Notes under the pieces: model-generated | Seen by the model: only the letters and a program-made list of their open reading frames with translations | Told to the model about the DNA's origin: nothing | Database searches by the model: none | Shown here: one piece after another, positions 55,967 through 64,000 of the stretch | Numbering within the stretch: position 1 is the first letter of the stretch | Layout: every line of letters begins with the position of its first letter | Made by a program: the position numbers and the translations under genes | Origin: Calditrichales bacterium | GTDB lineage: Bacteria > Calditrichota > Calditrichia > Calditrichales > J004 | Direction of reading: 5' to 3' | Length of the DNA stretch: 64,000 bases | Assembly (NCBI GenBank): GCA_965267575.1 | Contig: OZ254086.1 | Coordinates: forward strand, 1,280,001-1,344,000

Positions 55967-56992
55967 ATGCAACTTGAAACGATTCAATTCAAAGATCGCA
56001 CTCTCTCGATAATAGATCAAACGCTGCTTCCAAATTCATTTAAGGTTATTCCCATAAAAACGATCGGGGAGGCGGTGGAGGCGATCCGTTCTCTGCGTGT
56101 ACGCGGAGCTCCCGCCATTGGGATTTTCGCTGCTTACGCCCTTGTTCAGGAAGCCGTTAATTTAGCCAATAATGATAAATTAACAACAGAATCATTCAGG
56201 GAGGCGGCGCATCTTCTTTCTCAAAGTCGCCCGACCGCGGTTAATCTCGCCTGGGCAGTAAATGAGATCAGGCAGGTTTTTGAAAGTTCTTATGGCAAAA
56301 ATGACTGGGCGGAAAAGCTGTACATGCGGGCCGCTGAATTACACCGGGAAGATCGTGAAATGTGCCTGCAGATCGGGCTAAACGGCGCGCCCTATTTTTC
56401 GGGTTTTAGCAATATTCTTACGCACTGTAATGCCGGTATTCTTGCAACCGGTGGCCAGGGAACGGCGCTTTCCGTGATTTATAAGGCAGCTATGGCCAAC
56501 CCCCGTATGCACGTTTTTGTTGATGAAACCCGGCCGCTCGGGCAGGGCGCGCGACTTACATGTTTTGAGTTGCAGAAAAATAATGTAAATTGTACGCTCT
56601 TGACGGATAATGCGGCAGCTTCGCTTTTCGCATCGCGCCGGGTAGATGCCGTAATTACCGGGGCGGACCGCATTGCTTTAAACGGAGACGCTGCAAATAA
56701 AATCGGGACCTATAATCTTGCTGTTCTGGCGCGTGCTCATAAGGTACCGTTTTATATTGCGGCACCGTTTTCGACTTTCGATCTGACGATTGAAAGCGGA
56801 GGTGAAATACCGATTGAACAAAGAGATCCTGCTGAAGTAGTATCTTTTTGGAAAATTGAAAATTCGGATATTAATATTTACAATCCCGCTTTTGACGTAA
56901 CTCCCGCCGACCTTATCACTGCGATTATTACCGATAAGGGAGTTATCGAGAAACCGGACGTGCAAAAAATACAAACCTTGTTCAAAAATTGA
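55967..56992 (+). CDS. mtnA: S-methyl-5-thioribose-1-phosphate isomerase
   Basis: DQT.LP, VRGAPAIG, RPTAVNL, LTHCNAG.LAT, DETRP..QGARLT, GADRIA.NGD.ANKIGTY, NPAFDVTP. Confidence 0.96.
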   Translation: MQLETIQFKDRTLSIIDQTLLPNSFKVIPIKTIGEAVEAIRSLRVRGAPAIGIFAAYALVQEAVNLANNDKLTTESFREAAHLLSQSRPTAVNLAWAVNEIRQVFESSYGKNDWAEKLYMRAAELHREDREMCLQIGLNGAPYFSGFSNILTHCNAGILATGGQGTALSVIYKAAMANPRMHVFVDETRPLGQGARLTCFELQKNNVNCTLLTDNAAASLFASRRVDAVITGADRIALNGDAANKIGTYNLAVLARAHKVPFYIAAPFSTFDLTIESGGEIPIEQRDPAEVVSFWKIENSDINIYNPAFDVTPADLITAIITDKGVIEKPDVQKIQTLFKN

Positions 56993-56999
56993 GGAGAAT

Positions 57000-58085
57000 A
57001 TGATGAAGCGTTTATCTGCCATATTAATATTGTTCCTGGCAGCACTCATGCTAAGCAACTGCCGTCCCCCGGAGCTGGAGGGTGCAGTCGTTGATTTTAA
57101 TGCAGGCCGTTTTGATAACGCCCTGGCCAATGCGGAAACAGCCGTAGAAAAATATCCTGATAATGCGGAAGCCTGGTTTTATCTTGGCCGTATCTACGGC
57201 AAGAAAGATCGTATGGCCGACATGATGAAGGCTTTTGAGCGGTCACTTGCTTTGGCTACAACCTATGAGAGCCAGATCCAGGCCGAAAAGAGTCTTTACT
57301 TTTCGCAAAAATTTAATGCCGGTGTTAACAGCTACAATAAGTTCAAGCAAATCGAGGATAAGAAAAGCGAGGCAGCTGAAAAAGCATTGCGTGATGCCAT
57401 CGAAAATTTCAAGGCTTCTGCGTTGATCCGCGACGATTATACCGCCAACCGCCTTATTGCTGTGAGCTACCAATTGCTGGGCGATAAGGTTAATGCAATC
57501 AGCCGGTATGAAACATTGATGGAAATCCGTCCTGACACTGCTGATGTTTACGTTGACCTTGGAAGTCTCTATTTCTTCGATAAGGAATATGACAAAGCAA
57601 CGGGACTTTTCGAAAAAGCCCTTGAAGTAGATCCGGAAAACCTTGAGGCGGCGACATTCCTGGCCCAAGCCTACGATGTGCAGAAAAAAACCGAACAGGC
57701 TATCGTAGCCTACAAAAGGGCTGTAAGCCTGAATCCTGAAGAAAAAGCGATGCCTTTTAATCTTGGCTTGTTGCTGTTTAACGAAGCCAACAAAAAGGAT
57801 CAGAATCCCGAGACCAAAAAGCAATATCTGTCTGAGGCCGCCACCTATTTCGGCAAGGCGCTGGCCATTGATGATAGCTTTAAGGAAGGTTATCAGCTAA
57901 AGGGCCAGGCCGAACTTCTGCTCGAAAGATATGAGGATGCGAAAGAAACATATCTTGCCGGCTTGGATAAATTCCCTGAAGACAGCAACATGTGGTATAA
58001 CCTGGGTGTTAGTTATGCCCGGCTGAATGATAAGGCCAAGGCTGAAGAGGCTTTTGCAAAAGCGGAGGAACTTGAAGGTCAATAA
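57000..58085 (+). CDS. TPR-repeat lipoprotein
   Basis: Lipobox LSNC; multiple TPRs (AEAWFYLGRIY, MWYNLGVSY); GAGGAG RBS. Confidence 0.85.
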   Translation: MMKRLSAILILFLAALMLSNCRPPELEGAVVDFNAGRFDNALANAETAVEKYPDNAEAWFYLGRIYGKKDRMADMMKAFERSLALATTYESQIQAEKSLYFSQKFNAGVNSYNKFKQIEDKKSEAAEKALRDAIENFKASALIRDDYTANRLIAVSYQLLGDKVNAISRYETLMEIRPDTADVYVDLGSLYFFDKEYDKATGLFEKALEVDPENLEAATFLAQAYDVQKKTEQAIVAYKRAVSLNPEEKAMPFNLGLLLFNEANKKDQNPETKKQYLSEAATYFGKALAIDDSFKEGYQLKGQAELLLERYEDAKETYLAGLDKFPEDSNMWYNLGVSYARLNDKAKAEEAFAKAEELEGQ

Positions 58086-58103
58086 GTGTTGAGGTTTTGT
58101 AAT

Positions 58104-58131
58104 AAGGGGAGTCTTTCGGCTCCCCTTTTTT
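58104..58131. terminator. Intrinsic terminator between the TPR gene and convergent rex
   Basis: AAGGGGAGTC-TTTC-GGCTCCCCTTTTTT. Confidence 0.85.
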
Positions 58132-58756
58132 ATTTCTTATTGTTAAGGAAAAAGGAAAGAGCTTCCAGCTCGATGGACATATTTTCATTTTTTACAATAA
58201 CGCCATCGGGACTCTTTACGCTAATCGGAGCAAAATTTAAAAACGCCTTTACGCCACACTCCACAAACGTGTCAATAACCTTTTGCGCATATTTGCCTGG
58301 TACGGCCACGATAATGATTTCGATTTTATATTCGCTGATTTGTTTACAGGCACCATCCATCGCATAGACGTTAATGCCGTCTATATCCTGGCCAATCTTG
58401 CTTTCATCATTATCAAAGATCGCTTTTATATAAAAACCCTGCTTTTTGAACTCACCGTAGTGCACTAATGCGTGACCAATATTACCAAACCCGGCAAGCC
58501 CCACATTCCATTGCCTTTGCAGACCAAGTATTCTGCCGATTTCTTCACGCAACTCGGTTGTATTATAGCCCAAACCGCGTTTACCAAAAGTACCAAAAAA
58601 GGACAGATCCTTACGAACCTGGGCTGAAGTTATGCTATTGATGCTTGCTATTTCGCCCGATGAAATCGTTTCCACATTCCGTTCGATCAGATCCGTCAGC
58701 GTACGATAATAACGGCTCAACCGGTTAATGGTGGAGTCGGATATTTTTTTTGACAT
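58130..58756 (-). CDS. rex: Redox-sensing transcriptional repressor Rex
   Basis: TINRLSRYYR, QVRKDLSFFGTFGKRGLGY, GFGNIG.AL, LNFAP. Confidence 0.96.
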   Translation of the reverse strand: MSKKISDSTINRLSRYYRTLTDLIERNVETISSGEIASINSITSAQVRKDLSFFGTFGKRGLGYNTTELREEIGRILGLQRQWNVGLAGFGNIGHALVHYGEFKKQGFYIKAIFDNDESKIGQDIDGINVYAMDGACKQISEYKIEIIIVAVPGKYAQKVIDTFVECGVKAFLNFAPISVKSPDGVIVKNENMSIELEALSFFLNNKK

Positions 58757-58770
58757 ATGTCCCGTCCGCT

Positions 58771-61227
58771 TTACTCTTCTTGATTATCTTCTTCTTCTAT
58801 TACTTCATCTTCCGATGCAACAATCCTGGCCATATCACCAACCACATCATTTTCCATAAGCCGGATGATCCGCACGCCTTGTGTATTTCGTCCTATAATA
58901 CTGATAAACTTTACCTTCTGGCGAATCACAATTCCGTTTTGGGTGATGACCATAATATCTTCTTCTTCATCCACTTCCGCCGCAGCAACAAGATTGCCGG
59001 TTTTGCCGGTTGTCTTCATGGCTATAATGCCGCTTCCACCTCTCTTTTGCAAGCGAAATTCTTCAACCGCTGTTCTTTTGCCATAGCCGTTTTCAGACAA
59101 GGTAAGCAGTGTTTTTGTCTCATCCGCCGGAACGGCTCCGATAACAAAGTCATCATCTTTGAGGCTGATCGCTTTTACACCGGTTGAGTTTCTGCCCATG
59201 CTTCTTACATCTTTTTCCGCAAAGCGTATCGATTTTCCATGGTGTGTAACGACGATAATATCATCTTCTCCGGATGTAACGTGTGCAGCTATAAGTCGGT
59301 CATTATCGCGGATATTTATAGCGATAATGCCGCCTTTGCGGGGACGGCTGTATTTAATCAATTCCGTTTTTTTAATGATTCCATTACGGGTAATCATCGT
59401 TATGTAACCGCCCAATGTAAAATCACGGATGGTTATAAACGTCTGGACTTTTTCATCTTTTTCAATATTGATCATATTGATAATAGGGCGTCCGCGAGAA
59501 GCTTTTCCACCTTGCGGGATGGCATAGACCTTAAGCCAGTAACAGCGCCCTTTGTCTGTGAAAAAGAGGATGTAATCATGTGTGCTGGCAACAAAAAGAT
59601 GCTCAACAAAGTCCTCATCGCGGAGCGATGCCCCGCTTACGCCTCTGCCGCCGCGGCGTTGCGTTTTATAGGCCGCAGCCGAAAAACGCTTGATAAATCC
59701 GCCATGGGAAATTGTGATAACGGTTTCTTCTTCCGTGATCAGGTCTTCCATGGTTATTTCTTCATAATTGGGAATGATTTCCGTAAGACGGTCATCCCCG
59801 TATTTTTCTTTTATTTCAGTCAGTTCATCTTTTACAATATCCAGCTGCTTCTGATCACTGGCCAGTATCGATTTTAACTCGTCAATAAGCTTTAACAGCT
59901 GCTGATACTCTTCCTCAATTTTATCACGCTCGAGGCCGGTTAATCGCTGCAATCTCATATCCAGGATTGCTTTTGCCTGAACTTCGGTAAGGCCAAACCG
60001 CTCCATCAGATTTTCCCTGGCCACATCAGGGTCGGAGGACGCGCGAATCATTGCAATAATCTCATCGATGTTGTCAATCGCAATACGCAGGCCCTCGAGG
60101 ATATGGGCCCGCTTTTCGGCCTGGTCCAGATCGAATCTTGTCCTGCGAACGATAATATCCACGCGATGGCGGATAAAATGCGTGATGATCTCTTTGAGAT
60201 TTAGCACGCGGGGCTGGCCGTTGACCAATGCCAGAAGAATGATACCAAATGTGATCTGCATTTGCGTTTGCTTATAGAGCACATTGAGGATTGCGTCCGG
60301 ATCAAAATCCCTTTTAACCTCGATAACAACACGCAATCCGCGTCTGTCCGATTCATCGCGCAGATCCGATATACCCTCCAGCTTTTTCTCCTTCACCAGT
60401 TCAACAATCTTTTTTATGAGGTTTAGTTTATTGACCTGGTAAGGGATTTCGGTGATCACGATTCTGGTTCTGCCGTTCTTAAGCTCCTCGGTATGCGAGC
60501 GTGCACGAACAATCACCTTACCGCGCCCGGTCAGATAAGCCCGCTTAACCTCTTCAATACCGTAAATGATACCGGCGGTCGGAAAATCCGGACCCTTAAG
60601 GTGCTGCATCAAATCCAGAATATCTATTTCAGGGTCATCGATCACGGCCTTTACTGCGTCAACAACTTCACTGAGATTATGCGGCGGAATGTTTGTTGCC
60701 ATACCAACGGCAATACCGGCCGAACCGTTTACCAGAAGAGTGGGAACGCGCGAAGGCAAGACCGTCGGTTCATCGAGGGTGTCGTCAAAATTGCGCACAT
60801 AGTCTACAGTGTTTTTATCAATATCTGCCAGCAGCTCATCGCTGATTCTGGCCAGGCGAACCTCGGTGTATCGCATGGCCGCAGGGGAATCGCCATCCAC
60901 AGACCCGAAGTTACCCTGTCCGTCAACAAGAGTATATCTAAGTGAAAAGGGCTGCGCCATCCGCACGATTGTATCGTAAACGGCGGAGTCTCCGTGAGGG
61001 TGGTATTTACCAAGTACCTCACCGACAATTCTGGCGGATTTTTTGTGCGGCCGGCTAAAGGAAATACCCAGCTCGCGCATACCATACAGCACGCGGCGGT
61101 GTACCGGTTTCAGACCATCTCTAACATCGGGAAGAGCTCTCGCAACGATGACGGACATCGAATAATCGAGATAAGAATCCCGCATTTCCTCTTCAATTAA
61201 TATGGGAAGAATTCTTTCATCAGCCAT
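58771..61227 (-). CDS. gyrA: DNA gyrase subunit A
   Basis: [29 protein letters not shown], GyrA box QRRGGRG, C-terminal pinwheel repeats. Confidence 0.99.
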   Translation of the reverse strand: MADERILPILIEEEMRDSYLDYSMSVIVARALPDVRDGLKPVHRRVLYGMRELGISFSRPHKKSARIVGEVLGKYHPHGDSAVYDTIVRMAQPFSLRYTLVDGQGNFGSVDGDSPAAMRYTEVRLARISDELLADIDKNTVDYVRNFDDTLDEPTVLPSRVPTLLVNGSAGIAVGMATNIPPHNLSEVVDAVKAVIDDPEIDILDLMQHLKGPDFPTAGIIYGIEEVKRAYLTGRGKVIVRARSHTEELKNGRTRIVITEIPYQVNKLNLIKKIVELVKEKKLEGISDLRDESDRRGLRVVIEVKRDFDPDAILNVLYKQTQMQITFGIILLALVNGQPRVLNLKEIITHFIRHRVDIIVRRTRFDLDQAEKRAHILEGLRIAIDNIDEIIAMIRASSDPDVARENLMERFGLTEVQAKAILDMRLQRLTGLERDKIEEEYQQLLKLIDELKSILASDQKQLDIVKDELTEIKEKYGDDRLTEIIPNYEEITMEDLITEEETVITISHGGFIKRFSAAAYKTQRRGGRGVSGASLRDEDFVEHLFVASTHDYILFFTDKGRCYWLKVYAIPQGGKASRGRPIINMINIEKDEKVQTFITIRDFTLGGYITMITRNGIIKKTELIKYSRPRKGGIIAINIRDNDRLIAAHVTSGEDDIIVVTHHGKSIRFAEKDVRSMGRNSTGVKAISLKDDDFVIGAVPADETKTLLTLSENGYGKRTAVEEFRLQKRGGSGIIAMKTTGKTGNLVAAAEVDEEEDIMVITQNGIVIRQKVKFISIIGRNTQGVRIIRLMENDVVGDMARIVASEDEVIEEEDNQEE

Positions 61228-61242
61228 AATCAGATGGATCTC

Positions 61243-63153
<1,911 letters not shown>

Positions 63154-63167
63154 TTATTCTATTTTCC

Positions 63168-63458
63168 TCAAACAATTCTAAGACCGCTAATCTTAAAAGA
63201 ACGAAATTCATTTTTAATTCTTGTAAGTATGATTTCACTGTTTTCTAAAAACTCCTTTTTCCAGGCAGGATCATCAACCTGCATTACAATCAGCCCGGAC
63301 TCTATGTCATAACGAACAAAAGATACATGACGTGTTATCTTTGGATCCCATTTTTTCCATCTTTTTTCAAAGTCCTTGCTTTCAACTAGCGCTTGCAGGT
63401 TACTATCCTTTAGCACTTTTTTTAATGTATCTCCGATAGGTTTATATCTACGCTTCAT
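63168..63458 (-). CDS. dciA: DUF721/DciA-family protein
   Basis: 96-aa basic ORF between recF and gyrB; W....I..H...G.I...V..PAW..E pattern. Confidence 0.7.
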   Translation of the reverse strand: MKRRYKPIGDTLKKVLKDSNLQALVESKDFEKRWKKWDPKITRHVSFVRYDIESGLIVMQVDDPAWKKEFLENSEIILTRIKNEFRSFKISGLRIV

Positions 63459-64000
63459 AATAAATCTGTTTATCAGCTACCTTTATCATTTTTGCTTCGT
63501 TACCCAGGCGGGCGTAAAAAGACTGTTTTGAAGTAGTTGTTATAAATGTTTGTCCGGATGAATTAAAGTTAATTAAAAAATTTTTAATCCGGTTATCATC
63601 AAGTTCCCCAAAAACATCATCCATCAGAAAAATAGCTGTCTTCTTTTTTGAATCCGATATGAATTCATTTTCAAGTAACTTTAGTGCTATGAGAAAGGTT
63701 TTGTTTTCGCCCTGTGAACCAAAGGCTTTTATCGGTTTTCCTTCTTTTAAAAACTCGATATCGTCCCTGTGTGGACCAATCGTCGCCCGAGCATTTTTTC
63801 TTTCTGATAGCTCATTATCAGCAAGTGCTTTTGTAAAATTTTCAGCCAGCTTTTTTGCTGAATATTCTCCGTTTGTCTTTACCGTCGAATTATAAATAAT
63901 ACTTATTTTCTCTTCCTTACTGGAGATTTTTCTGTAATAATCTCCAATTCTTTCATTTAGATATTGAACCAATTCAAGCCGGCTTTTAACTATTTCCGAT
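63448..64000 (-). CDS. recF: DNA replication/repair protein RecF; 5' part lies outside the window
   Basis: GPHRDD, GSQGENKT..IALKL, LMDDVFGELD..R, QTFITT; frame open to the window edge. Confidence 0.95.
   Translation of the reverse strand, partial: SEIVKSRLELVQYLNERIGDYYRKISSKEEKISIIYNSTVKTNGEYSAKKLAENFTKALADNELSERKNARATIGPHRDDIEFLKEGKPIKAFGSQGENKTFLIALKLLENEFISDSKKKTAIFLMDDVFGELDDNRIKNFLINFNSSGQTFITTTSKQSFYARLGNEAKMIKVADKQIYYEA

Overview
This is a gene-dense bacterial chromosome segment of moderate GC. It most likely comes from an FCB-associated lineage such as Calditrichota, KSB1 or Ignavibacteria; that is inferred from T9SS-type C-terminal sorting domains, PorV/PorQ-family barrels, a eukaryote-type citrate synthase, and ordinary Shine-Dalgarno and sigma70-like signals. 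Left end: a truncated long-form aromatic amino acid hydroxylase, a large GH13 and pdxH. From 5.6 to 29.9 kb: a ~24 kb outer-membrane and secretion locus with two tandem modules of TonB-dependent receptor, large secreted protein with a variant CTD, and PorV-like barrel. It has no recognisable SusD, and also carries lipoproteins, a SurA-like foldase, two paralogous FG-GAP T9SS cargo proteins and a GHL10 hydrolase. This is the best candidate for an undescribed system. From 30 to 64 kb: mostly housekeeping genes (lpxH, DJ-1, glsA, comEA, dnaJ/grpE, ftsEX, hflX, citrate synthase, pta, coaD, rsmD, mtnA, rex, gyrA, gyrB, dciA, partial recF). This part also holds a divergent pilin-like/PilM-like/PilN-O-like trio and a PPIase-TPR-kinase-ECF sigma cluster. 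I recognised no RNA genes, CRISPR arrays or mobile elements. All family calls come from motif recognition by eye; no database searches were run.
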